A DNA stretch of 41,980 nucleotides, taken from the NCBI RefSeq assembly GCF_006345805.1, contig NW_021833193.1, positions 1 to 41,980 on the forward strand, given 5' to 3'. Position numbers and translations under genes: made by a program. The stretch is from Octopus sinensis (taxonomy: Eukaryota). This document shows, piece after piece, positions 23,466-38,185 of this stretch. Position 1 is the stretch's first letter, and each line of letters opens with the position of its first letter. Under the pieces are notes generated by a model. That model was not told where the DNA came from. It made no database searches and was given only the letters and a program-made list of their open reading frames with translations.

Positions 23466-24303
23466 TATCTATCAATATATATATCTATATATATACAAAC
23501 ATACATACATACATATGGTGTGTGTGTGTGTGTGTGTATATATATCTTTATATATATATATATATATGCGTTTGTTTATGTGCGTCAGTGTTTGTATGTG
23601 CATGCATATGAGTGTGTATGTGTGTGTGTGTGTGTTATGTGTGTGTTGTACGCGCAATACATGACGAAAGAAAGGAGATAAAATGGCGATCGGATAATGG
23701 ATGGAATGATAGACAGAGTGTAGGAGTTTGGATTTGAGAAGATGAAGGATAGGAAAGGAAATCCTGTGAGATAAAAGAGGAAAGAAAGAGCTCATAACAC
23801 CTTATCTTCTATCTGGACATGCTGTCAAGTCTCACAAGTAATTTGAACATTATCTCTTAGATGGCCTTAATCCAGAAATGGTCATCGTTCTCCAATCACA
23901 TTATTCCCATTGCCAGTCCATACCTATATCTTATTGGTTCATTCAGATAGTGTATTGCCGAAGCTAAGTACGCTTCTATACATACATATAGATGTATATA
24001 TACATACGTATGTATACATACACATATACACTTATACATTTATAGATATATCTATGTATATCTATGTACACACACACACATACATACATATATATGTGTG
24101 TGTGTGTGTGTGTTTGTATGTGTGTGTATGTATAATTTTCATTCAATATAGATACACATGTATCATAGATGCAAACACACACACACACACATATATATAT
24201 ATACATACATATATATATACATACATATATATATATATATATATACATGCATATAGACAAACAGACAGAGAAAGAGAGAGAGCCATAAACGTGTATATAT
24301 ATA

Positions 24304-24344
<41 letters not shown>

Positions 24345-24775
24345 TGTGTGTGCGTTTGTGCGTGTATGAAGCACGCACATAAAAGCACATTGAGAACTTA
24401 TTTACTAACATACACATACATTAACATATATGCTCACATCCATACTCACAGAGATGAATGCACTGAGCGATACACTCGTACATGAACACAAATTACATAC
24501 ACTCACATTACCTTACATCACACATTACCTTACATCATACATAGAAGCATAGATATGTGTTAACGCATACAATCTTGTACAGTCAAACACATTCACATAC
24601 AGATATGTGAATGTCTCAGCGTATTGCGTGCGTGTATGTGTAATGGATATACGAGCACAATACATGTACGTACACATTTATATACACATACGCGGGAATA
24701 CTGTCACACTCCCTGTGTGTCTCAATCACCTACGGACAGAACCACTCATTCAAACACTGTCTCTTATCACACACA

Positions 24776-24822
<47 letters not shown>

Positions 24823-25109
24823 TCAACACAGTTAAACACTATCATTCCTTCTCATATATCTCATACAAATGCATATATACATGCATACTGATATATATAT
24901 ATATATACATATATACGTACATATATATATACATACAAATATATATATATACACACATATATACGTACATATATATACATACAAATATATATATATGTGT
25001 ATATATATATATACATATATATTACATATATATATACATACAAATATATATATGTGTTATATATATATATATACAAATATACGTACATATATATACATAC
25101 AAATATATA

Positions 25110-25160
<51 letters not shown>

Positions 25161-26070
25161 CATATATATATACAACATACAACATACATACAAACATACA
25201 TACATATATACGTACATACATACTACAAACACATACATACATACATACATACATACATACATACATACATACATGCACATACAACAAACGGATCGACACC
25301 ATCTTGATACGCTTATGTACCTCGCCTTTCTGCTAATGACATTGTCATTGCTAATGAGATGGTGCTAAGCTACTTTTGCCAGTTCTGTAGACAATTCAAA
25401 TTCCTTACTGATAGCCACCAAATGCTGTTAGAGCTTTTCTTCGTAATGCAACAGTCACTTAATGTAGACAGTTTCGCCAATAATTCCCTCCTCAACTTTG
25501 CTCCCTTCCCCAAACAATCACTCGCATCTCACCAATGGTATTGCCATCACCACCACCACCACTACCACTACCACCAGTACCATCACCACCACACCACCTG
25601 TACCATCACCCTTGTCATTTAGTCATTTACCATCATCGTTTACCAAGAACATCAATTATATCACATTCCTTCTCTCTCACTTGCACACACACACACACGC
25701 TCGAACACACATAACAAGAATACACACACACACACACATAAGCACACACACGTACAACCACACACACGTACGTATGTATGTATGTGTGTGTGTGTATGTG
25801 TGTGTATGTATGTATGTGTGTGCGTATGTGTGCGTGTATGTGAGTGTGTGTGTGTATGTGTGTGTGTATGTGTGTGTATGTGTGTGTATGTATGTATGTG
25901 TGTGTACGTATGTATGTATGTGTGTATGTATGTATGTATGTATGTATGTATGTATGTATGTATGTGTGTATGTATATGTATGTATGTATGTGTGTATGTA
26001 TGTGTGTATGTATATGTATGTATGTTTGTATGTATGTATGTGTGTGTATGTGTGTGTGTGTGTGTATTGA
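23300..26070. repeat. Compound TA/CA/TACA/TATG microsatellite field with short unique islands
   Basis: Seen directly. Confidence 0.9.
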
Positions 26071-26522
26071 CCTAATCCCCTCAATCGCTCACTTTGTCTT
26101 CATTTTTCATCTGGTCACCCTTTCTGCATTCTCAATCAGTTATTTTCTCTTTAAAACGGTTCACCTCTAACTTTCCCTTCTACACCTAACCCGCCTGTCT
26201 AAAATCTAACATACCTGCGTCATCTCTCTCCATCCCCATCTCTCTCTCTCTCATTCTCTCTTTCTCTCTCTCTCCCTCTCTCTCTCTCTCTTATCCTCTC
26301 TTTCACAATCAATCAGTTTGTATATGTTTTTATACTCTTTACATCTTCACAATTTCTCGATTTCATTTCTCAGTTTAACTTTGTCTCTTCGTATTTTCAG
26401 TCTTTCTTTATCTTCATGTTTTCATTCTTGTCCTCAAAGCTTCTTCCTTTCGGTTTTTTTTCTTTCGTTCTCATACTTGATTTCTTTCATTTCTTTCTTG
26501 ATTCATTATATTTCAATTTCAG

Positions 26523-26634
26523 CAATGTCTCTACGTGTCACAAACAAGGAACTGGCAAGGAATAACTGTGCCAGCAACACGCGGAGGGAATCAAGCAGTC
26601 ATCTCTGGTCACTGGTATCGGGTTTTGCGCTTGG
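26523..26634 (+). CDS. Orphan 112-nt exon candidate with two open frames (MSLRVTNKELARNNCASNTRRESSSHLWSLVSGFAL or QCLYVSQTRNWQGITVPATRGGNQAVISGHWYRVLRL)
   Basis: A long polypyrimidine tract ends in tttcag|, the donor is G|gtgaga, and GC content steps up within the exon. Confidence 0.55.
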
Positions 26635-26737
26635 GTGAGACTCGCAGCTCACAGACATTCATACCATCATTACGTATCGTGAATAGGTGATGGCTCAAAA
26701 ATACTCATACCATTGTTACATACCATAAAAGCACAAT

Positions 26738-27113
26738 CACATGCTGTAAATGAACGAGACCCCTAGTTTACAATTGGACATACTATCATTACATTTTGTA
26801 AATGAACGAGACCCCTAGTTTACAATTGGACATACCGTCATTACATGCTGTAAATGAACGATACTCCTAGTTTACAATTGGACATACTATCATTACATTT
26901 TGTAAATGAATGAGACCCCTAGTTTACAATTGGACATACCGTCATTACATGCTGTAAATGAACGATACTCCTAGTTTACAATTGGACATACTATCATTAC
27001 ATTTTGTAAATGAATGAGACCCCTAGTTTACAATTGGACATACTATCATTACATTTTGTAAATGAACGAGACTCCTAGTTTACAAATGGACATAACATCA
27101 TTACATGCTGTAA
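26738..27113. repeat. 52-bp minisatellite, about 7 copies
   Basis: Units start at 26779, 26831, 26883, 26935, 26987, 27039 and 27091 (catactatcattacattttgtaaatgaacgagacccctagtttacaattgga). Confidence 0.97.
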
Positions 27114-27324
27114 AGAGACATTATAAAGAAACAAAAGGTGGGGATTTTATTCGCATTTCTATCACCAGTTCAACCCCGATCAGGTAGACTTATAGTTAAA
27201 GATGTTCTAACAGTAACCATATATATCTTTACATAATGCAGGATATTATAAAATACGGTCTTAGTTTTCGAGATGAAGTGAGCCATAATATATGCAACAC
27301 ATTATAAATATGTAGATTATATAT

Positions 27325-28280
27325 TTATACATTTGTCTCAAGGCCAGTAAATTTTTGTGGAAGGATGTAAGTTGATTACATCGACCCCAGTGTTCAACTG
27401 GTTGTTATTTCATCGATGAAAGATGAAAGGCAAATTCGGCGGAATTTGCGCTCGGAAGGTAAAGACGGAAGAAAAGCCGCAAATCATTTTGCCCTGCGTG
27501 CTAACGATTCAGCCAATTCCCCGCCTTCCGCTTCCCTTACAGTAATAATTCTTTCTACTATAAGCACAAAGCCTAAAATTTTGGGGTAGGGACTAGTCGA
27601 TTACATCGACCCCAGTGCTTCACTGGTACTTAATTTATTGACCCTGAAAGGATGAAAGGTAAAGTCGACCTCGCCGGATTTTTTAACTCAGAATGTAGCG
27701 GCAGATGAAATACCTATTTCTTTACTACCCACAAGGGGCTAAGTACGGAGCGGACATGCAAGGACAGACAAATGGATTAAGTCGATTACATTGACCCCAG
27801 TGCGTAACTAGTACTTAATTTATCGATCCCTAAAGGATGAAAGGCAAAGTCGACCTCGGCGAAATTTGAGCTCAGAACGTAGCGACAGACGAAAAACCTA
27901 TATCTTTACTACCCACAAGGGGCTACACACAGAGGGGACAAACAAGGACAGACAAACGGATTAAGTCGATTACATTGACCCCAGTGCGTAACTGGTGTTT
28001 ATTTAATCGACCCCGAAAGGATGAAAGGCAAAGACGACCTCGGCGGAATTTGAACTCAGAACGTAACGGCAGACGAAATACGGCTACGCATTTCGCCCGG
28101 CGTGCTAACGATTCTGCCAGTTCGCCGCCTTTCTCTTACAGTAACAGTGTTGGTAAATGACAATCAGATTTTGAAGGAGGGCGTGAGTTGATTACATCGA
28201 CCGCAATATTCAACTGGTACTCATTTTATTGACCCCTTAGGATGAAAGTCAAAGTCAATCTCAGCAGAATTTGAACTAGC
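27325..28280 (-). mobile_element. Array of five family A SINE copies, all on the - strand (27325-27527, 27543-27714, 27715-27898, 27899-28130, 28160-28280)
   Basis: Repeated gtcgattacat.gaccccagtg...aggatgaaagg.aaagtcgacctcg blocks, with two different tail types. Confidence 0.93.
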
Positions 28281-29122
28281 GACCTTACACAAAGTTCACT
28301 ATTCAGCGTTTTCTAAAATATGTCTAAAATTTGAACTAATTTATAAAACCATATAATATTCTTATTAAACATATGCGAATAAAAAAAATAATCATTGAGG
28401 AAAGCAAACAATAAAACAATTTTTTAGAGCAATAACGGGAACCTCGATTTAACGAATATTCACTGAACCTACCAAATTATGAGAATCTGGTATCAATTTT
28501 CATATAAAGTGAAATAGTTATAGAGTGAGAGTTTTAAATAGCGGCGAGAAAATTAGGGGAAATAGCTAAAGGAGTAATAAAAGAAAGAAAGGAAGATGGC
28601 ATCTAACGGATTTATTTAACGGTTAAATCTTTTAAACTAAAAATAAAGACTAACACGTGTTGGTCGTATTAGGGTAATAAAGCTGAAAACAAGTATGAAA
28701 AAAATATAATACTGCCTTCCTCGGGGACAATTTTGTTTATAGATCTCTAGATGCGTGGCTGACCTGTGGTTAAAGATCAAAATAGACAAGATCGCTGCTG
28801 GCTGTAACATGGGCAGCAAATATTTCTGGCTCTTCTGTGTTCCTGTTTTCCATCACTACTACTACACCTACTGCTCTTCCGAACTTTTCCCTCTCAAATT
28901 TCAAACAGTATAAACACTCCACCACACACATACTCACAGACACACACACGAGTACACATACGCGCGCGTTCGCATATTCTAAACAAATTTCATTTTTCAG
29001 AAGAAATTTCACTAAAAACTGTTTCAAGCTCCCTCTATACGTAATGTATGCATCTTCTTCCTCAAGAGATCTCTCCTTCCAGTTTTAAGCGACCGATATC
29101 TATATCTGTCTCTCTATCTATC

Positions 29123-29192
<70 letters not shown>

Positions 29193-29469
29193 ATCTATCT
29201 ATTTATCTATTGACAGACACACAAATAATACACACACATATACACACACATATATATATATATGATATATTATATTATATATATATATATATATATATGA
29301 TATTAACATATATAAGATATATATATATATATATATGATATATATATTATATATATAGATAGATAAATATTTAGCAGTCTGTCTAGTTTTATGTGCGTGT
29401 GTGTGTATATATATATGTATGTATATATATATGTATTTATGTATATGTATATATATATAATATATATAT

Positions 29470-29530
<61 letters not shown>

Positions 29531-29535
29531 CAGAC

Positions 29536-29578
<43 letters not shown>

Positions 29579-30828
29579 ACTACCAATCAATATTTCTCTT
29601 CGTCAAGTTTTTCTCTCTATTCATTTGCAGTATGTCTTTGTGTATGTATGTATGTATGTATGTATGTATGTACGTATGTATGCATGTATGTATGTATGTA
29701 TGTATGTATGTATGTATGTATGTATGTATACATGTAAGTTTTATATGTACGTACGTATGTATATGCGTGTGCATTTTAGTATACGTCTGAATCTGTGTGT
29801 GCGTGTGCGGCTGCCGTTATTTTGTTTGAATATATTTCAATGGTATTTTGGTTCCTTTATGCGAAACAAATATGAGGAAAGTATTTACCAATATCTATAA
29901 CTGAATTTAGCCGAACATGTCATTAGAAAAGGATAGAAGTGTGATAATGTTCCTATCTATCGGTTAGGGTTTTTTTTTAGCTTGTTTTCATTTCTTTTCA
30001 AATATTGTTTATATCTTTTATATAATGATTTATAGGGTGGTGGTATTAGTACAAACCCTAGATTAGATTGCCGGACTAAATGCTTTATATATTATTTTTT
30101 TTTATTATCATTATATTATATTTTGTGTGTAAATCGTCCAGCTAAGTTCCAAGTTGAAGTCCCTTGGAGGTCGACTTTTCCTTTCATCTAAGAACCATAG
30201 CCAATTCATGGCACCGAGAAAAAAGAGAAACGAAAAAAGAAAAATAGAAACAAGCGTAGTTACAATGGTTGAAACTATTCAATTCAGGTTGATTCAATCG
30301 TCAATAGAGCTTGTCTACAAACAAAAATTTGGCCTTGAGACCCTCGTCAAGGCAAACATTATAGGATGAATTGATAAACCATCTGCTTTCTGTCTTCGGC
30401 CTGTTGTGGATTGTTGTGAAAAGTATTAGCTCTAGCCTGGAATCCTATATTTTGCTAAATTAGATTCAATCGACGTCATTTCCTTTGTAAAACGTTTTGA
30501 TGCAACAGTAACGTGACCTATTAATTAAATGATCGCTCGTATGATAACTTAGTTCATAAGACCAGACAGAAGAAGAACAAGAACAAGAAAGGAGAGAAAA
30601 AAAAAATATGGTTAATGCGATTGTGTTACGCTGTGTTGTGTTGTGTGGCAATTTTTGAACACCAAAGAGTGATTCACTTTACTTGTTCCGCTTCTAGTGA
30701 ACTGTGCCGTCCAGCGATTTATGGAGGAACTGTTTGATAGACATTCATAAACACATAAATACATTATATATATTCATACACAGAGATACATATATTGATA
30801 CTTGCATGTATATACGTATATATATATA

Positions 30829-30880
<52 letters not shown>

Positions 30881-31074
30881 ATGTGCGTCTATGCGTGTGT
30901 ATGTATAAAATATATATTTATATATATATACATGTATATATATACCTATAGATGTATACACACACACTTATATTTATGTAGGTATATGCATGTACACATA
31001 GATACATTCATTTATAGATATGTGCATATATATATGCATATATATATATATGTATGCATATATATATATATACA

Positions 31075-31105
<31 letters not shown>

Positions 31106-31149
31106 GCTTGTATGTATTTATAACTACAAAGCGAGACACAAAAAGATGG

Positions 31150-31420
<271 letters not shown>

Positions 31421-32234
31421 GCAGACATTACTCTGAAGATGGAGATAAAATACTTTCCGATTTGCAAAACAGTTTGGATGACGGTGATATTTATACGACG
31501 CATTAGTTCGGCAAAGATGAGAAATGCATATCCTTATTAAAGCAAATTGTTAATATATCAAACGCCAGATTCAGTACAATGGGTTTCTGGTGACATCAAT
31601 TGGCATAAATTCCTCACTTCATTAGCGTGGAAAAGGCGGAAAGCCAAGTAAAAAAATAATAATAATAAAGCCAAAACAAAAAACTCTGCTGTCCCCCTTA
31701 AATTAAACTAGGCTTACGTACAGAAATGTAGAAAGCCCCTTTTGCTAAGTTATTGAGTAGAGCTAAAACAGTGCATCGGCGTCTGGTCCGCATAATGTCG
31801 GTCATCCGTGCACGGGAATAACAGAAATTAAGGTTGTTTGTCATAAGCTATTACTAAAGACTTTATCAATAAAATTATGTGATGTTTGATATTGGCATCA
31901 TGCATAAACAAGATGAGCAATCAGATATTGTGTTCCCACAGTTAAAAGGACATCTTGAAACTGAATCAACATAAAAACATACATCTGAATGCACATATAA
32001 GATTATGAACCTAGGAAACGGTACAATTTGGGACACTTATGAGATTATGTAATGACATATATATATAAATGATGTAGTGTTCTGTGATGGTAAGATCAAC
32101 AAAAACAGTTCACCATATGGTGAGAGACAAATGTTATTTAATAGACACAATGCATATTCTTTATATACTACTAGTAACACATAAAAATATGTATTGTGCT
32201 TATTAAATAGTATACATGTGTGTGCATATATATA

Positions 32235-32304
<70 letters not shown>

Positions 32305-32305
<1 letters not shown>

Positions 32306-32508
32306 GATAGATCGCTAGCCACTACACATTCTTTATTTTCTCTCCATATTTTCTCTCCTTGTTTCTTTCTGTGTTCCTTTCTGTGGAAGAACGTAGGCTC
32401 GAAACTTTAAAGACTTTTTCACTTCCCGGGCGTTATACTAATACATCTGTTTGTTGTCTACACCACCTGTCTTCGTCTTTTGAGGGGCTTTTTTGTGAAT
32501 TCTCCCTA
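32305..32508 (+). mobile_element. Penelope terminal-repeat-like fragment with a degenerate minimal hammerhead (32377-32413); relatives at 39070-39145 and 40860-41450
   Basis: cttt-CTGTGGA-a-gaac-gtag-gctc-GAAAC-ttt-aaag, followed by a ...gcgtta.actaataca..tg motif that the related copies share in decayed form. Confidence 0.55.
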
Positions 32509-32532
32509 TATATACATACATACATATATATA

Positions 32533-32568
<36 letters not shown>

Positions 32569-32974
32569 ATTATATATAATTATACATGTGTGCGTATGAA
32601 TGTTTGTATACATATATACATAAATACATACATACATGTCACTGACCACCCTGAGTTATCAAGTTTAGCTCATTTTCGTTCCAATTATGCAAATAACCAA
32701 ATAACCCAGGCATAAATGTCTTCTACTCTTTTAGTAACAGTCTTATCTACTGAAGAAAAAGTAGGGCAAGTGTTATGCTGATGAAACTCATTGCGGCTAA
32801 AACATAGCCACATTTGTCCGATTGTCTTTAGACGACACGTCAATTTTGGAAAATACTTCATTCAACTCGTCTCCTTTAGATTTGCCACTCTTTACCACGA
32901 AGCGATAAATCTACCCGTTATAGAATCGGAGATAAGTTCAATAAACCAAGAATTTATCTCCTATGTTATTTAAT

Positions 32975-33228
32975 GGTGGAGGCGTGTGGCTTAGTGGTTA
33001 GGGTGTCAGCATCATGATCGTAAGGTTGTGGTTTCGATTTCTGGACCGGGCGACGCGTTGTGTTCTTGAGTAAAACACTTCATTTCACGTTGCTCCAGTC
33101 CACTCAGCTGGCAAAAATGAGTAACGCTGCAATGGACTGGCGTCCCGTCCAGCTGGGGAACACATACACCATAGAAACTGGGAAACTGGGCCCAAGAGCC
33201 TGGCTAGGCTCTAAAAGGGTGCATTTAT
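32975..33228 (+). mobile_element. tRNA-derived SINE, family C; a second decayed copy is at 33310-33480
   Basis: A box TGGCTTAGTGG and B-box-like GGTTTCGATTTC, followed by a non-tRNA body. Confidence 0.85.
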
Positions 33229-33644
33229 TTTTTTATTTTATGTTATTTAATATACCCTTATTCCACTATGTAGTTCAGATAGATATTCTCTTAGGTTACT
33301 TTTGTCAGCAGGTAGGGTGTTAGACGCGTGACCATCAGATTGTGGTTTCGATTTCTGGATCGGGCGATGTGTTGCATTTATTTAGCGTTGCTTCAGTCAA
33401 TTCAGTTGATACGGCGTCCCAACCAGGAATAAAGTGGGACCATATATACGCCCGAGAGACCGGGAAACCAAGTTCTATGTTCCTTACGGAATAATGCGAA
33501 CCAACCACACCCATCAACTACAAGGAAGACGATAACAACAATAATATCAACGTAGAAATATGTTTTGATTTGTAGCCGAGGATTTGTATCTTCATATTTA
33601 TTCAACTATTATTTAAACATTTTTAATATCATTATTATTGTTAA

Positions 33645-34042
33645 CTAGCAGTATCGCCCGGCGTTGCTCGGGTTTGTAAGGGAAATAACTATATAAGCAT
33701 TTTTAGAGATGTAAAGTATAATAGCCATCTCAATATGGTTAATAACAAAGCGGGGTGTTACTGTAGCTTTTTACTTTCTGAGATTTAATAATACATTTTT
33801 AGAGAGTTACTGCCCTTATATAAACCGAGCAAAAATGCATTAAAAATGCGGAAAAATTATGTTAAATTTTTTAAAAATCGTAGACTCATCGTAGACGCGC
33901 GCTAATACCCAGAAGGGCTCGATATGAATCACGACTATAAGATACCCGCTTTTGGTTACACTGCACCGCAAAATGTGGGAGTAGTTAGGAATCTAAATCG
34001 TAGGAGACAGACAGCACACAACTTCACTTTTATATATAAAGA
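33645..34042 (-). mobile_element. Non-autonomous Helitron, complete, 398 bp
   Basis: Minus strand reads A|TCTTTATATATAAAA ... cccg-agcaacgc-cggg hairpin ... CTAG|T. Confidence 0.85.
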
Positions 34043-34539
34043 TATTCCTTAAAACTTTGAGGTCAGAATGAGAGTGTTGATAGCATTTGGTTATAATCTT
34101 AATATATAGTGCGATGATTATAACGATGTTAATGATGCAGAAGTGGTGGTGGTGGTGGTGGTTCTGGTGGTGGTGGTGGTGCTGGTGTGGTATGACAGTA
34201 GTGTGTAATGATAGTGATGGCGATGATGATGGTGATGATGATGGAAACAGAAGATGCTTGGAGCAATAATTGCCATGACGACGTAGATGACAACAGCAAC
34301 GACGACGACGATGATGATGGTGATGATGACGGAAGTATTACAGTGGTGATGGTTATGATTATCATGATCATGTGATGGCCATAGCGGTGGCGCGTGTGGC
34401 GGTGATGTTAGTATTGATTCTAATCGCGATCGCAATGATGATGATGATTATGCTGATGATGATGATAGTGGTGATGCCTAAAGGGAGAAGGAAGAAGACG
34501 AGGAGGAAAGGTGAAGGTCGACGACGACGTCGACGGAGG

Positions 34540-34769
34540 CGATGATGATGAGGAGGAGAACAAGAAAGATGGTGATGGTACTGACGATGATGACAATGAC
34601 AACAACGACAATGACAACGACGACGACGACGACGATGATGATGATGATGACGATGACGATGATGATGATGATGATGATTATGATGATTATGATGATTATG
34701 ATGATGATGATGATGATGATTATGATGATGATGATGATTATGATGATGATGATGATGATGATGATGATT

Positions 34770-34847
<78 letters not shown>

Positions 34848-35060
34848 ATGATGATTATGATGATGATGACGATGACGATGATGATGATGATGTTGATTAT
34901 GATGATTGATGATATGATTATGATGATGATGATTATGATTATGATGATGAATGATGATGATGATGATGATGATGAGTGATGATTATGATGATGATTGAGG
35001 ATGATGATGATGAATTATGATGATTATGATGATTATGACGATGACGATGATGATGATGAA
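34540..35060. repeat. (GAT)n tract with TAT and GAC variants
   Basis: Seen directly; source of the poly-Asp and poly-Met pseudo-ORFs. Confidence 0.95.
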
Positions 35061-35859
35061 TGTTAGTGACAATGGTGATAATGTTGGCAATGAATGCTTT
35101 CCTTTGATTGCGATCGTTTGTGATGATGATGGTCATAATAATGATGATGAATACGACAATGAAGACAACGTTGACTACAATGACGACAACAACAGCATGA
35201 ACAACTATTGTGAGGATCGGCGACCCTAATGACTGCGACGCTTCTAGTATTGGTATTACTGTAATTAGTTTGACATCGCCATCTTGGTAACTTGCCGCCT
35301 CACCCTTTCGTTTTTTCACCTTTGTACCCTCTCTCCTCTCTCTCTCTCTCTCTGTCTCTCTGTCTTCTTCTCTCTCTCTCCCTCTCTCCTCTACCGCTAA
35401 CACACTCGTCCGTCTATACGAGACGCCCTAATTCACTGGTCCGCAGCGGAACACCGAAGACACACACAAACACGATAACAAAAGTTACCGATTAAGGAGC
35501 AGCAGTTGCGTCACGCACTGTTGAACCTCCGTAACAACAAATAAGCAGAAGGGAAAAGAGAGAAAACAAAAGAAAGAAAGAAGGAAACTGGGAAGGAGAG
35601 AGAGAGAGGGGGGGTTGCGCATGAGAGCACCAAGCGTCCTGGAAAGTGTTGTTTCGTATTTTCTTTGTCACGTTACATCCATTAATACATTGGATAATAT
35701 ATTTGTGGACGTATATGTATGTATACGTGTGTATGATGTATGTATGATGTATGTATGTAAGTATCTACATGCATGTATATATATATATGTGTGTGTATGT
35801 GTGTGTGTCTATGAAGGCATTGGTGTATGTGATACATTCATGTTGTAGACGCTTGTATA

Positions 35860-36203
35860 TATAAATATATGTGTATGTATGTACGTATATATGTATGTAT
35901 GTATGAATGTATGTATGTATGTATGTGTGTGTATGTATGTAGGTAGGTATGTATGTATGTGTGTGTATGTGTGTGTATGTATGTGTGTGTATGTATGTAT
36001 GTATGTGTATGTGTGTATGTGTATGTATGTATGTATGCATGTATGTATGTATGTATATGTATGTATGTATGTATATGTATGTATGTGTATGTATGTATGT
36101 GTATGTATGTATGTGTATGTATGTATATGTATGTATGTATATTTGTATGTATTCTTGTAGGTGTATTCTGGTACTGTTAGCAAATTTCAGAGGAACTTAA
36201 ATA

Positions 36204-36243
<40 letters not shown>

Positions 36244-36508
36244 GCACACACACACACACACATACGCATCGATGTACACACATACACACACATACATGTG
36301 CTTGTCCGTACATCTATAGAATATATGTATGTATGGTTGCACTCACGTGTGTGCATATGTATATATCTACGAATAACATGTATGTTGTTGTGTAAGAATG
36401 CTTTGAATCAAATTGTGTTTGATTCTATATGTCTATATGGATAGTCGCCTTTGTGCTAACTTCTTATACATAAAATCAAGTCTCATTGCGTATGTATGTG
36501 TATATATG

Positions 36509-36539
<31 letters not shown>

Positions 36540-36587
36540 GTATATATATGTATATAGGTATATATATATGTGTCTGTGTATATTATA

Positions 36588-36648
<61 letters not shown>

Positions 36649-36655
36649 TATATAT

Positions 36656-36686
<31 letters not shown>

Positions 36687-36839
36687 GCTATATAATATAT
36701 GTATATATATATATATATATGTGTGGTGTATATGTATGTATGTATGTATATATGTATATATGTGTGTATCAGAGGGATGCTGATGTAGGGAGAAAAGAAA
36801 GTCAGGAATGGGAATATGAAAAGAAATAGAAAACAGAAA

Positions 36840-36880
<41 letters not shown>

Positions 36881-37401
36881 ATCAGACGGACAGACAGACA
36901 GAGGGAGAGAGAGAGAGAGAGTCCGTGAAGGGGTGTCGAGTGGGGTCGTCGTCTTGTTTAATTCATTGCGTATTATGTTGTTTTGGACGCAAAGGGACAA
37001 CAACAGCAACAACGACAACGATAATAACAACAATAATAACAATAATAACAATAATAATAATGATAATAATAATAATAATTAATCACTGTCCTGTGAATTG
37101 AAGCATCAGTTTTAATTGAGTCATTAGGAAAAAAAAATCGCCCTAACCACAAAAGCTGTTAGCGGGCAGTTAGTGGGCAGTTATGTGGACAGTTGTGTGC
37201 CACACCCAACCTTCAACCCTCAACCACGCTATTTTTAATTTTCTGTTTCTCTCCGCTTCACTTTCGTTTCCTTTCATTATAATCACCACCGTCGCCATCA
37301 TCAGCATCATCAGTGTCACCATCATGAGCATCGTCACCGCGATCCCCACCTCATTATCATCATCAGTACCACAAGTGTATGTATGTATGTATGTATGTAT
37401 G

Positions 37402-37435
<34 letters not shown>

Positions 37436-37665
37436 TGTATGTATGTATGTATGTATATACATATACACACATATGTATATACATATATACATATATAAAT
37501 ATATACATATATATACATATATACATGCATATATATATACATGTATACAAACATATATATATATGTATATATATATATATAAATACACATACATACATAC
37601 ATACATACATACATACATACATACATACATGCATACATACGTACATACATACATGCATACATACA

Positions 37666-37701
<36 letters not shown>

Positions 37702-37775
37702 TATATATCATTGGTATCGCTTTTGTTTGCTTTTATTATTATTATTATTATTACTATTATTATTATTATTATTGA
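35860..37775. repeat. Compound TATG/TA/GA/AAT microsatellite field
   Basis: Seen directly. Confidence 0.9.
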
Positions 37776-38185
37776 ATAAAGAAATCATTATTATTAGCCT
37801 TATTAACATTAGTACTATTATTGTTGTTGCTGTTGTAGTTTTTGTTAGTGTTGTTACTTCTGTTGTTTGTGGAACTTGCTAATCGCGTTTGTTATTGTTT
37901 TGTTTTTCCTTTTTAATTCCGGATGTTTTTATATAGCGGCCATTTCCTATTGTTATTGCTCATATTGCACGTAGTTTTCTATTTGTTTCTGTTTCTTCCC
38001 TCAATTTAATGTGAATGTTATACTTGTTGTGTGCATTTATATGGAGTTTTATAAGTGGTTTAGTTAAATCTCATTGGTTATTCATTGTAGTTCTTTATAC
38101 AATTCTTTTTATTTTCAATTCCCATCTGTTTGTTTTTTTTAAAAAAAAAAGCTCTTTAAAGAGGGGGGAAGAAACAAACAGCCTG

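Noticed and set aside
26738-27113. CRISPR-like array
   Set aside because: The units are contiguous with no unique spacers, there are no cas genes, and the context is eukaryotic.
32975-33050. tRNA genes (also at 39432 and 40590-40658)
   Set aside because: A and B boxes are present, but there is no proper cloverleaf and each runs into a SINE body.
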